Assembly: GCA_965218295.1 (NCBI GenBank)
Contig: CBDCKN010000001.1
Location: 34,321-98,320, forward strand
From: Longimicrobiales bacterium
Lineage (GTDB): Bacteria > Gemmatimonadota > Gemmatimonadetes > Longimicrobiales > Gaopeijiaceae
Length of the DNA: 64,000 nt
Direction of reading: 5' to 3'
The notes beneath the pieces were generated by a model, which searched no databases, was not told the DNA's origin, and worked only from the letters and a program-made list of their open reading frames with translations. This document shows, in pieces, positions 21,015 through 29,763 of the stretch (positions are counted from its first letter, which is position 1; the number at the start of each line of letters is the position of its first letter). Position numbers and translations under genes: made by a program.

Positions 21015-21656
21015 GTGCGATTGAGGATCCCTACCAGAGTTGCGGCTACTGCGCTCCTCACCGTGAGCCTCGTGGCGACGGGCCTCGCGCTGGCGCCGAC
21101 CTCCACCCGGGCGCAGGATCCCGTGGCCGATCCGCCGGCCCGGGAAGCTGTTGCGCCCGACTCCGCGAGCGCACCGCGTCGACACAGTGCCGGGGGCGCC
21201 TTCCTGCGCTCCGTGCTCATACCGGGCTGGGGCCAAGCCAAGGTGGGATCGCCCGATCGAGGAGGGTTCTACTTCGCCGTAGAGTCGATGAGCCTCTGGA
21301 TGATCTTGAAGACGTCCAAGACCCTGGGGAGCGCCAGGGACATCGTGGGCCTGAGACGGGCCGAGGCCGAGGCGCGGGTCATCGGCGAGGGTACGGTTGT
21401 CGACCCGATGGAGATCGCCAACCTCGTCGACGAGGATGAAGCGGTACAGGACGCCGAGGTGCTGGTGGAGCTCCGCTCGCAGCAGAAGGAAGACTGGGTG
21501 GCCTTCGGGCTCTTCTTTCTGTTCCTGGGGGGTGCCGATGCGTTCGTGGCGGCCCACCTGGCCGACTTCCCTGTGCCCCTGGAGGCCGCGATCCGGCCTC
21601 TACCGAACACGGGGGTAGAGCTCGCGTTCTCGCTGCCGTTCGATCCGTTCCGCTAG
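21015..21656 (+). CDS. DUF5683-like exported/membrane protein
   Basis: Signal peptide; AFLRSVLIPGWGQ and ADAFVAAHL motifs. Confidence 0.7.
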   Translation: MRLRIPTRVAATALLTVSLVATGLALAPTSTRAQDPVADPPAREAVAPDSASAPRRHSAGGAFLRSVLIPGWGQAKVGSPDRGGFYFAVESMSLWMILKTSKTLGSARDIVGLRRAEAEARVIGEGTVVDPMEIANLVDEDEAVQDAEVLVELRSQQKEDWVAFGLFFLFLGGADAFVAAHLADFPVPLEAAIRPLPNTGVELAFSLPFDPFR

Positions 21657-21819
21657 TGTGGTGTCCCAGAAGTTCGCGAGCCACCGAGAGTGCCGAGGCG
21701 CCGGATCCTGCAAGGCGCGACGACGAGGAATAGCAACGCTATTTCGAGGAAGAGGAACGCCGCAGGGCCGGATGCATCGGTGCTCGAATGGCCGAGACAC
21801 TTCTGGGACACCACACTAA
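21653..21819. mobile_element. IS630-type MITE (long form, ~165 bp)
   Basis: Perfect IR tagtgtggtgtcccagaagt...acttctgggacaccacacta; the ends supply the TAG stops of both convergent genes. Confidence 0.78.
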
Positions 21820-22553
21820 CCCTGCCACTCCCTGAGCATCGGCGGCTCTCCCTCCTGCAGCACCAGGTAGCTCCGGTGGTGGACCCAGTCTCCGGCGTTC
21901 ACGTAGTAGCGTCGAGGCTCGACCTCTTCGAGGGTGGGGATGTGGGTGTGTCCGAGGATCACGAGGTCCAGGTCGGGCTCGTCTTTGAGCTTTTGTCGGC
22001 CCCACTCCTGCAGCACCAGGGCCCGGGTGCGCTCGCTTTCGGAAGGTCCCGTCAGTCGATGCTCCGTCTGCGAGACACGGCCGGCCACGGCCGCCCCCAC
22101 GTCGGGATGGAGCCACCGGAAGGACCATCGGGTGATCTGACTGCGCAACACAGTGCGAAGAATGCGATATCCCAGGTCGCCACGCCCGAGGCCGTCGCCG
22201 TGGGCGAGAAACGTGCGGAAGCCCGCAAGGTCCAGCAGCACGGGATCCCGCAAGAACGTGACCCCGATCTCGTCGGTCAGGAAGGATCCCCCCCACCAGT
22301 CGTGGTTGCCACCCATGAGCGTCACCGAAACCCCGGCGTCCACGAGCCTCGCGAGAGCACCGAGCACCCGGGTGTGGCCCCGGGGAACCGCCGATCGGTA
22401 CTCGAACCAGAAATCGAAGAGGTCCCCGTTGAGGATGAGCTGTGACGCCTCGGAGCCCGTATGCTCGAGCCAACCCTGGAACGCGTCTTCGGTCTCCCGC
22501 GGGACGACCCCGAGGTGAATGTCGCTTGCGAGATGGATGGGTTTCTCTGACAT
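21816..22553 (-). CDS. lpxH: UDP-2,3-diacylglucosamine diphosphatase (LpxH-like metallophosphoesterase)
   Basis: SDIHLG, NGDLFDFWFEY, GNHDWW, HGDG, GHTH, NAGDW; start ATG 22553 inferred. Confidence 0.85.
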   Translation of the reverse strand: MSEKPIHLASDIHLGVVPRETEDAFQGWLEHTGSEASQLILNGDLFDFWFEYRSAVPRGHTRVLGALARLVDAGVSVTLMGGNHDWWGGSFLTDEIGVTFLRDPVLLDLAGFRTFLAHGDGLGRGDLGYRILRTVLRSQITRWSFRWLHPDVGAAVAGRVSQTEHRLTGPSESERTRALVLQEWGRQKLKDEPDLDLVILGHTHIPTLEEVEPRRYYVNAGDWVHHRSYLVLQEGEPPMLREWQG

Positions 22554-22671
22554 GGGGCTCGGAAGGTAAACCGTGTGTATCACCCTGGGGAAGTACGTTT
22601 GCAGGGGGCACTTGGAACGCTCGATCGGCGCGGGGGTTTCCCCCGCGTGACGTGATGACCCGCACGGATCA

Positions 22672-23406
22672 ATGAACGAGACCACGGAGATCAGGGGCAG
22701 CGCCCTCATGACGGCGATACGAGTCCTGAAGATCAGGTTTGCCTTCTCATTGGCGGTCGCTGCCATGGTGGGGACGACCTGTGGGGGCTCGCCGCCGGAG
22801 CTTCCCGCTCCGACCGTAGACACTCAGCAGGCCGTAGCGGCGGCGACGGAGAGCAACCCGTTCCCGCGTGCCGCTCGCGTCTTCTTCGAGTGGAACATCC
22901 GGGAGCCCAACCTCCGGATCGGAGGCAACGGTGTGGCCCGCCTCGAGCCGCCCGCCCAGGCGCGACTGGATCTATTCCTGGGAAACGGGCAATCGGTCCT
23001 GGCCGTCGCGTTGGTCGACGACGATCTGCGGGCCCCCGAAGGAACTTCCTTGCAGGTCGTCCCGTCTCCGCCCCTTCTATGGGCGTCTCTGGGAGTGTTC
23101 AGGCCGGGTGACGGCGTGACGCTCCTGGGAGCGGAGGTGCGAGATGAGGCCCTTCGGCTGCGATATGCGCTCGGCGACGGCGACGAGCTCTGGTACGAGC
23201 TTCGTGACGGCAAGCTGACTGGCGTCGAACTCTTGCATGACGGGAGCGCCCTTCATCGGGTCTCCCTGGACCGTGAGGTGGAGTGGGAGTTGCCCCGCGG
23301 GGCCACCTACCGCAATCTGGCCTCGTTCAGAGAGCTCAAGATAACCGTCGAGTCCGTTGAGAATGTGGAGTCTTATCCAGCCGACATCTGGAGTCCCCAC
23401 CGCTAA
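22672..23406 (+). CDS. Hypothetical lipoprotein
   Basis: Hydrophobic leader ending in GTTC; co-oriented with lptE. Confidence 0.55.
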   Translation: MNETTEIRGSALMTAIRVLKIRFAFSLAVAAMVGTTCGGSPPELPAPTVDTQQAVAAATESNPFPRAARVFFEWNIREPNLRIGGNGVARLEPPAQARLDLFLGNGQSVLAVALVDDDLRAPEGTSLQVVPSPPLLWASLGVFRPGDGVTLLGAEVRDEALRLRYALGDGDELWYELRDGKLTGVELLHDGSALHRVSLDREVEWELPRGATYRNLASFRELKITVESVENVESYPADIWSPHR

Positions 23407-23442
23407 CGGTGGGGGCCGTGTCGTGATCCAGGGAGCGATAGG

Positions 23443-23958
23443 GTGTTGATCAGAGGCCCCGTCCGGGGTGTGATCGTGTCGTGCCTGGTCGCATCCGTGG
23501 CCGGGTGCAACTACAGCTTCGGATCGGGGAGCTTCCCCGACCACATCCGGACCGTTGCCATCCTGCCGTTCGAGAACGACACCAACCGCTTCGAGCTGAC
23601 TCAGGAGCTCCACGACAAGCTGCTTCGCGAGCTGCCCCGAGCCCTAGGCATCACGAACGCCGGTGAGGAGGTCGCCGATGCGATCGTCCAAGGCCGCATC
23701 ACCCGGTACGACCTGACGACCCCCCTGTTCCGACCCGGCCAGCAGAGAAACCAGGTGGAGGTTCTCCAGCGCCAGGTGAGCATCCGGGTGGAGGTCGAGC
23801 TGATCGACCGGGTCCAGGATGTGATCCTCTGGGACGACCTCAGCCTCACCGCGCTAGGGCAGTACCTGGAGGAGAGCGAAACCGAGGAGGTGGGTCGGGA
23901 GGAGGCCATCGAGCTGCTCGTTCAAAGCATCGTGGACGGCGCCCAGTCAAACTGGTAG
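23443..23958 (+). CDS. lptE: LptE-family LPS assembly lipoprotein
   Basis: VAGCNYSF, IRTVAILPFENDT, ADAIVQGRITRY, terminal NW. Confidence 0.8.
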   Translation: MLIRGPVRGVIVSCLVASVAGCNYSFGSGSFPDHIRTVAILPFENDTNRFELTQELHDKLLRELPRALGITNAGEEVADAIVQGRITRYDLTTPLFRPGQQRNQVEVLQRQVSIRVEVELIDRVQDVILWDDLSLTALGQYLEESETEEVGREEAIELLVQSIVDGAQSNW

Positions 23959-24026
23959 GTTTGGCGTCCAAAATCAGCCTAGACGGTTCTGTTCGGGGGC
24001 ATCCAACACGGAACGAAGGAGTCGGA

Positions 24027-24503
24027 TTGGCAAGAGTTGTGGGCTTGGGAGTGGCGCTCTTCGCCCTGTGGCTTCTCCTTTCCGGGCACTACACGCCTCT
24101 GCTTCTGGGATTCGGCGTGGGCTCCTCGGCGCTGGTCGTCTACATCGCTCACCGCATGGACGTGGTGGACCACGAGGGTGTTCCCCTCTCCATTGCGGGA
24201 CGGTTCCTCGGCTACTTTCCTTGGCTCCTCAAGGAGATCTGGGTGGCCAACCTCAACGTGGCCCGGATCATCCTTACCCCCAGCCTTCCCATCAGCCCGA
24301 TCACGGTCGTCTTCAACGCCTCCCAGAAGACCGACCTGGGACGCGTGATCTATGCGAACTCCATCACCCTGACACCCGGAACCATCACGACGGGGGTAAG
24401 CGGTGACGAGCTCGAGATCCATGCCCTGACCTGGCACGACGTGGACGGCCGCGAGGAAGACGAGATGGACCGGCGCGTGTCCTGGGTGGAGGGTGCTTCC
24501 TGA
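24027..24503 (+). CDS. mrpE: Na+/H+ antiporter subunit E
   Basis: LWLLLSG, YANSITLTPGT, IHAL; TTG start behind AAGGAG. Confidence 0.9.
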   Translation: MARVVGLGVALFALWLLLSGHYTPLLLGFGVGSSALVVYIAHRMDVVDHEGVPLSIAGRFLGYFPWLLKEIWVANLNVARIILTPSLPISPITVVFNASQKTDLGRVIYANSITLTPGTITTGVSGDELEIHALTWHDVDGREEDEMDRRVSWVEGAS

Positions 24504-24793
24504 TGTTCGTCGTGGCGACGGCGGGCCTGATGGTAAGCATGACGCTGGCCATGACGCGGGCGCTCCTGGGGCCCACGGTCTACGACCGGGTCATGGCCCT
24601 CAACATGTTTGGGACGAAGACGGTGCTTCTCATCGCCGTCCTGGGCTTTCTCGCGGGGCGGCCGGAGTTCCTGGATCTCGCCCTGGTCTACGCTCTCATC
24701 AACTTCATCGGCACCATCGCCGTGCTGAAGTTCTTCGAGGTGGGCCATTTGGGACGCGGGGCGAGTGGCGCCGTCTCGCAGGGGGAGGCGTGA
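24503..24793 (+). CDS. mrpF: Na+/H+ antiporter subunit F
   Basis: GPTVYDRVMA, DLALVYALINFIGT. Confidence 0.9.
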   Translation: MFVVATAGLMVSMTLAMTRALLGPTVYDRVMALNMFGTKTVLLIAVLGFLAGRPEFLDLALVYALINFIGTIAVLKFFEVGHLGRGASGAVSQGEA

Positions 24794-25116
24794 TGGAAAT
24801 GATGGCCGACGTCCTGAGCTGGGTCTGCATCCTCGGGGGTCTCTTCTTCATCGTGGTGGGCGCGGTCGGCGTCATTCGCATGCCGGACGTCTACACGCGG
24901 CTCCACGCGGCGGGGATGACGGACACCATGGGAGCGGGCCTCTTGCTCATGGGCATGTCGTTCCAGGCGGGCATCACCCTGGTGGCCGTGCGGCTCCTCC
25001 TGATCTGGGGGTTCCTCCTCTTCACGAGCCCTATCGCCACCTACGCCCTCTCCAGGGCCGCCCTCCACGGGAACGTGGTCCCGATTCGAATCGACTTCGA
25101 GGGAGGTGACTCATAG
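24793..25116 (+). CDS. mrpG: Na+/H+ antiporter subunit G
   Basis: RMPDVYTRLHAAG..DTMG, FTSPIA. Confidence 0.9.
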   Translation: MEMMADVLSWVCILGGLFFIVVGAVGVIRMPDVYTRLHAAGMTDTMGAGLLLMGMSFQAGITLVAVRLLLIWGFLLFTSPIATYALSRAALHGNVVPIRIDFEGGDS

Positions 25117-25760
25117 AAGTCCTGGTCGACGTCTTCCTCCTCGTCATGCTGGCGGTGACGGCGCTGGCGCTCCTGAAGCTCAGGAACCTGTTTGCCGTGG
25201 CGATGCTGGCGGGCATCTTCAGCCTCCTGTCGGCGGCCCTCTTCACCGTCATGGACGCCGTGGACGTGGCCTTCACCGAGGCCGCAGTGGGTGCGGGGAT
25301 CTCGACGATCCTCATGCTCGGCACCATGGCGCTGGTCGGGCACACGGCAAAGGGTGCGTCCAGGCCCGCCCTCCTGCCTCTCTTCGTGGTCTTCGTCACG
25401 GGTGGGGTGCTCATCTACGGCACCCTGGATATGCCTCCGTACGGAGACCCTGCGAATCCCGTCCACCACCACGTGGCCGACTACTACCTGGAGGAGTCAG
25501 GCCACGAGATTGGCGTGCCCAACGTGGTGACGTCTGTCCTGGCCAGCTATCGGGGCTACGACACCATGGGGGAGACCACGGTGATCTTCACCGCCATGGT
25601 GGGCGTGCTCCTGCTCATGGCCCAGGTCCGCAGGAGAGCATGGTCGGAAGAGGAGCGTTCGGTTGGCGGGCCTTCGGCGGATGGTCCGCGCGAGCAAGCT
25701 CCGAGCGAGAACGACCCGAGCGGGGAAGACCCGAGCCAGCGAGGTGACCATGGAGGATAA
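25113..25760 (+). CDS. DUF4040 / MrpB-N subunit of the Mrp antiporter
   Basis: DAVDVAFTEAAVGAG, PNVVTSVLASYRGYDTMGE; start ATA 25113 or ATG 25146. Confidence 0.85.
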   Translation: MEVLVDVFLLVMLAVTALALLKLRNLFAVAMLAGIFSLLSAALFTVMDAVDVAFTEAAVGAGISTILMLGTMALVGHTAKGASRPALLPLFVVFVTGGVLIYGTLDMPPYGDPANPVHHHVADYYLEESGHEIGVPNVVTSVLASYRGYDTMGETTVIFTAMVGVLLLMAQVRRRAWSEEERSVGGPSADGPREQAPSENDPSGEDPSQRGDHGG

Positions 25761-26175
25761 GGTCATCCTGCGGGTCGGCGCCAAGATCCTCATCCCCTTC
25801 ATCCTGCTCTTCGCCCTGTACGTGCAGTTCCACGGCGACTACGGGCCGGGCGGTGGCTTCCAGGCCGGCGTCATCTTCGCCGCGGGCTTCATCCTCTACA
25901 GCCTCATCTTCGGCGTGGACACGGCCAGGGAGGTCCTGCCCCTGTCGGTGGCGTGGTTCTGCGGTGCCGCTGGCATCCTGATCTTCGCCGGCGTAGGAGT
26001 GGTCACCCTGTTGCTCGGTGGCGACTTCCTTGACTATGGCGTACTCGCCCACGAGCCGGAGCACGGCCAGCACTGGGGTATCCTTCTGGTGGAGCTGGGC
26101 GTCCTGACGACGGTGTTCGGAGTCATGGTCGCCATCTTCTACTCCTTCGCCGGGCGCAGGGGGCTCCGCGCGTGA
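25750..26175 (+). CDS. mrpB: Na+/H+ antiporter subunit B
   Basis: HGDYGPGGGFQAG, VELGV. Confidence 0.9.
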   Translation: MEDKVILRVGAKILIPFILLFALYVQFHGDYGPGGGFQAGVIFAAGFILYSLIFGVDTAREVLPLSVAWFCGAAGILIFAGVGVVTLLLGGDFLDYGVLAHEPEHGQHWGILLVELGVLTTVFGVMVAIFYSFAGRRGLRA

Positions 26176-26525
26176 GGCTGCTAGGCCTCGTCAACTACTG
26201 GATCTTCATCTTCCTCATGATGGTCGGGTTCTACATCCTGATCTCCCGAGGGAACCTCATAAAGAAGATCGTGGGGCTGAACATCTTCCAGACTGCGGTC
26301 TTCATCCTCTACATCAGCATGGGCAAGATCCAGGGCGGGACGGCGCCGATCCTCACGGAGGGTGACGTCGTGTACTCCAATCCGCTTCCCCACGTCCTCA
26401 TCCTCACCGCCATCGTAGTGGGCATCGCCACCATCGCCGTGGGCCTGAGCCTGATCGTCCGCATACACGAGGCGTATGGGACCATCGAGGAAGACGAGAT
26501 CCACAGCCAGGATCTCGCCACGTGA
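26172..26525 (+). CDS. mrpC: Na+/H+ antiporter subunit C
   Basis: NLIKKIVGL, NPLPHVLILTAIVVG. Confidence 0.92.
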   Translation: MRLLGLVNYWIFIFLMMVGFYILISRGNLIKKIVGLNIFQTAVFILYISMGKIQGGTAPILTEGDVVYSNPLPHVLILTAIVVGIATIAVGLSLIVRIHEAYGTIEEDEIHSQDLAT

Positions 26526-28003
26526 CGCATCATCTCCCGGTACTGCAGGTCGTCATCCCCCTGCTGGCGGCCCCGGTATGTGCGCTAGTGCGGAACGCCA
26601 AGGCTGCCTGGGCCATCGCCCTGGCCACGACCTGGACCGCGTTCTGGATCGCCCTGCAGCTTCTGGCCCGCGTTCAGGCCGAAGGCACCATCAGCTACGA
26701 GCTGGGCGGGTGGGTAGCTCCGTACGGGATCGAATACCGCATCGATCTGCTGAACGCCTTCGTGGTGGTGATCGTAACGGCCATTGGCGCCATCGTGACG
26801 CCCTTCGCGAAGCAGAGCGTGGAGCGCGAGCTGGAGGGGTCCAACATCGCCCTGTTCTATGCCGCGTTCATCCTCTGCCTCACGGGGCTCCTGGGAATTG
26901 CCGTCACGGGAGACGTCTTCAACGTCTTCGTGTTCCTCGAGGTGTCGTCACTCTCGGCGTACGCGCTCATCGCCATGGGGCAGGATCGCAAGGCGCTGAC
27001 CGCGTCGTTCCAGTACCTGATCATGGGCTCGGTGGGGGCCACGTTCATCGTCATCGGCATCGGCCTCATGTACGTGATGACCGGTACCCTGAACATGGCC
27101 GACCTGGCGGCTCGCATCCCGGAGGTGGGCGCCAACCGGACGATCCCGGTGGCGTTCGGGTTCCTCACCGTTGGGATTAGCCTCAAGCTGGCGCTCTTCC
27201 CGCTCCACCTGTGGCTCCCCAACGCCTACACGTACGCTCCGTCCGCCGTCACGGCCTTCATCGCATCGACCGCCACTAAAGTGGCGGTGTACATGCTGCT
27301 CCGCTTCTTCTTCACGATCTTCGGGCCGGTCTTCTCCTTCGACGTCATGCAGCTCGATCTCGTGCTGCTGCCGCTGGCCCTCGTCGCCATCTTCAGCATA
27401 TCTTTGGTGGCGATCTTCCAGCGAAACGTGAAGCGGATGATGGCCTATTCCAGCGTGGCCCAGATCGGGTACATGATCCTGGGGATCAGCATGGCCTCGG
27501 TGACGGGGCTCACGGCGGGAATCCTCCACCTGTTCAACCACGCCATGATGAAGGGTGCCCTCTTCATGGCGCTGGGCTGCGTGATGTACCGGGTCGGCTC
27601 CGTCAACATCGAGGCCATGCGGGGCCTCGGGAGGCGCATGCCCTGGACCATGGCCGCCTTCGTCGGTGCGGGCCTCAGCCTGATCGGTGTGCCACTCACG
27701 GTGGGCTTCATCAGCAAGTGGTATCTGATCACGGGAGCCCTGGAGCAAGGCTGGTGGCCTGTTGCGTCACTGATCCTGATCACGTCCCTGATGGCTCTGG
27801 TCTACATCTGGCGGGTGGTGGAGGCGGCCTACTTCCACGACTTCCCGGATGACGAGGACCACACGGTCCGAGAGGCGCCCCTCGGCCTCTTGGTACCCAC
27901 CTGGGTCCTGGTCGCCGCGAGCTTCTACTTCGGCATCGACGCCTCCTTCACCACCGAGGCGGCGGGAGCCGCCGCCCGGACGCTCCTGGGGGTCGGACCA
28001 TGA
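26522..28003 (+). CDS. mrpD: Na+/H+ antiporter subunit D
   Basis: DVFNVFVFLEV, KLALFPLHLWLP, KRMMAYSS, HAMMKG. Confidence 0.9.
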   Translation: MTHHLPVLQVVIPLLAAPVCALVRNAKAAWAIALATTWTAFWIALQLLARVQAEGTISYELGGWVAPYGIEYRIDLLNAFVVVIVTAIGAIVTPFAKQSVERELEGSNIALFYAAFILCLTGLLGIAVTGDVFNVFVFLEVSSLSAYALIAMGQDRKALTASFQYLIMGSVGATFIVIGIGLMYVMTGTLNMADLAARIPEVGANRTIPVAFGFLTVGISLKLALFPLHLWLPNAYTYAPSAVTAFIASTATKVAVYMLLRFFFTIFGPVFSFDVMQLDLVLLPLALVAIFSISLVAIFQRNVKRMMAYSSVAQIGYMILGISMASVTGLTAGILHLFNHAMMKGALFMALGCVMYRVGSVNIEAMRGLGRRMPWTMAAFVGAGLSLIGVPLTVGFISKWYLITGALEQGWWPVASLILITSLMALVYIWRVVEAAYFHDFPDDEDHTVREAPLGLLVPTWVLVAASFYFGIDASFTTEAAGAAARTLLGVGP

Positions 28004-29478
28004 CGCCTGCCCTGACGCCGGCCATGACGTCCGGGCTGATCGTCGTCCTGCCCCTGGTGGGAGCGGCACTCATCCTCGTCCTGGGCAGATGGCCCAACGT
28101 GAGGGACGGGGCGGGCCTCATCACGTCAGCGACCCTCTTCGGCCTGGTCCTCACTTTGGTGGACCCGGTAAAGAGCGGGCTGCGCCCCGAGCTCGCACTC
28201 GTAGAGGTGGTGCCGGGAATCGAGCTGGCGCTCCACGTAGAGCCGCTGGGCCTTCTCTTCGCCCTGGTCGCGTCGTTCCTCTGGATCGTTACGGCGTTGT
28301 ATTCCATCGAGTACATGCGCGGGCACCACGAGGAGAACCAGACCCGCTTCTACACCTTCTTCGCCATCGCTATCGCGGGTGCCATGGGAGTTGCCTTCTC
28401 GGCCAATCTCTTCACGCTCTTCGCCTTCTACGAGGTCCTGACGCTCTGCACCTTCCCGTTGGTCACGCACCACGGCACGGAAGAGGCCAAGCGCGCCGGC
28501 CGCGTGTACCTGGGGATCTTGCTCTCGACCTCGATAGGCCTCCAGCTCTTCGCGATCATCTGGACGTGGCAACTGGCCGGCACGATGGACTTCACCGAAG
28601 GCGGCATCCTCGCTGGGACGGCAAGCGACGGGGTGCTGAGCGTGATCCTGGTCCTCTTCGTCTTCGGGGTGGGGAAGGCCGCCGTCATGCCCTTCCACCG
28701 CTGGCTCCCCGCGGCCATGGTGGCCCCCACGCCGGTCTCGGCGCTGCTGCACGCTGTTGCCGTGGTGAAGGCGGGGGTGTTCACGATCCTGAAGGTGGCG
28801 GTCTACGTCTTCGGCATCGACCTGTTGGGGGTTCTTGCCAGCACCACGTGGCTGGCCTGGGCGGCGGCGGCCACCATCCTCCTCGGCTCGCTGGTGGCGT
28901 TCACGAAGGACGACCTCAAGGCCCGGCTGGCCTACTCCACCATCAGCCAGCTCTCCTACATCGTCCTCGGCGCTCTCTTGGCCAACGAGTGGGGGATCAT
29001 CGGTGGCGGCATGCACATCGTCATGCATGCCTTCGGCAAGATCACCCTCTTCTTCGCGGCGGGGGCGGTGCTGGTAGCCGCCCATGAGACGGACATCAGC
29101 CGCATGAGCGGGCTGGGCCGCACCATGCCCATCACCTTCGGTGCGTTCTTCGTGGGCTCGCTGAGCATCGTCGGCGTTCCACCGGCGGGTGGAGCCTGGA
29201 GCAAGTGGTTCCTGGGGCTTGGTACGCTGGAGGCGGGGCAGGTGGGCCTGCTGGCGGTGCTCATGGTGAGCTCACTGCTGAGCCTCGTCTACCTTCTGGA
29301 GGTGCCCGTCAGGGCTTTCTTCGGCGCCCCTCCGGAAGACGCCCACCGTGGTGAGGGCATCCACGAGGCGCCCTGGTCGTCACTGGTGGCCATAGTGATC
29401 ACCGCGCTGGCCACGCTGGGTCTGTTCCTGAACCCCGGTCCGTTCTACGAACTGATGACGATGGTGATTTCCCCGTGA
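28000..29478 (+). CDS. Second MrpD/MrpA-type proton-translocating subunit
   Basis: KAAVMPFHRWLPAAMVAPTPVSALLHAVAVVKAG, LKARLAYSTISQL. Confidence 0.88.
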   Translation: MTPALTPAMTSGLIVVLPLVGAALILVLGRWPNVRDGAGLITSATLFGLVLTLVDPVKSGLRPELALVEVVPGIELALHVEPLGLLFALVASFLWIVTALYSIEYMRGHHEENQTRFYTFFAIAIAGAMGVAFSANLFTLFAFYEVLTLCTFPLVTHHGTEEAKRAGRVYLGILLSTSIGLQLFAIIWTWQLAGTMDFTEGGILAGTASDGVLSVILVLFVFGVGKAAVMPFHRWLPAAMVAPTPVSALLHAVAVVKAGVFTILKVAVYVFGIDLLGVLASTTWLAWAAAATILLGSLVAFTKDDLKARLAYSTISQLSYIVLGALLANEWGIIGGGMHIVMHAFGKITLFFAAGAVLVAAHETDISRMSGLGRTMPITFGAFFVGSLSIVGVPPAGGAWSKWFLGLGTLEAGQVGLLAVLMVSSLLSLVYLLEVPVRAFFGAPPEDAHRGEGIHEAPWSSLVAIVITALATLGLFLNPGPFYELMTMVISP

Positions 29479-29762
29479 GCAAGCACATTTCACACGGCCA
29501 CGGCGCTTCGACCGACGAGCGGCAGCACGTCTGGGACAATCCCCGGAACGTGAAGCTCCTGTTCAACGTCTTCTACGCGTGCTGTGTCATCCTGGTCCTG
29601 CTGGACTTCGTGATCCACCGGCACAACGTGCACGACTGGGAGAACCTGCTCGCCTTCTACCCGCTCTACGGGTTTGTCGGCATCTGGATCCTGGTGGTCA
29701 TCGCCAAGCAGATGCGGCGTGTGCTGATGCGCCCCGAGGACTACTACGAGGGGGGGAGCTGA
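29475..29762 (+). CDS. Small 2-TM protein of the Mrp operon
   Basis: FYPLYGF...VLMRPEDYY, overlapping or abutting its neighbours. Confidence 0.75.
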   Translation: MSKHISHGHGASTDERQHVWDNPRNVKLLFNVFYACCVILVLLDFVIHRHNVHDWENLLAFYPLYGFVGIWILVVIAKQMRRVLMRPEDYYEGGS

Positions 29763-29763
29763 C

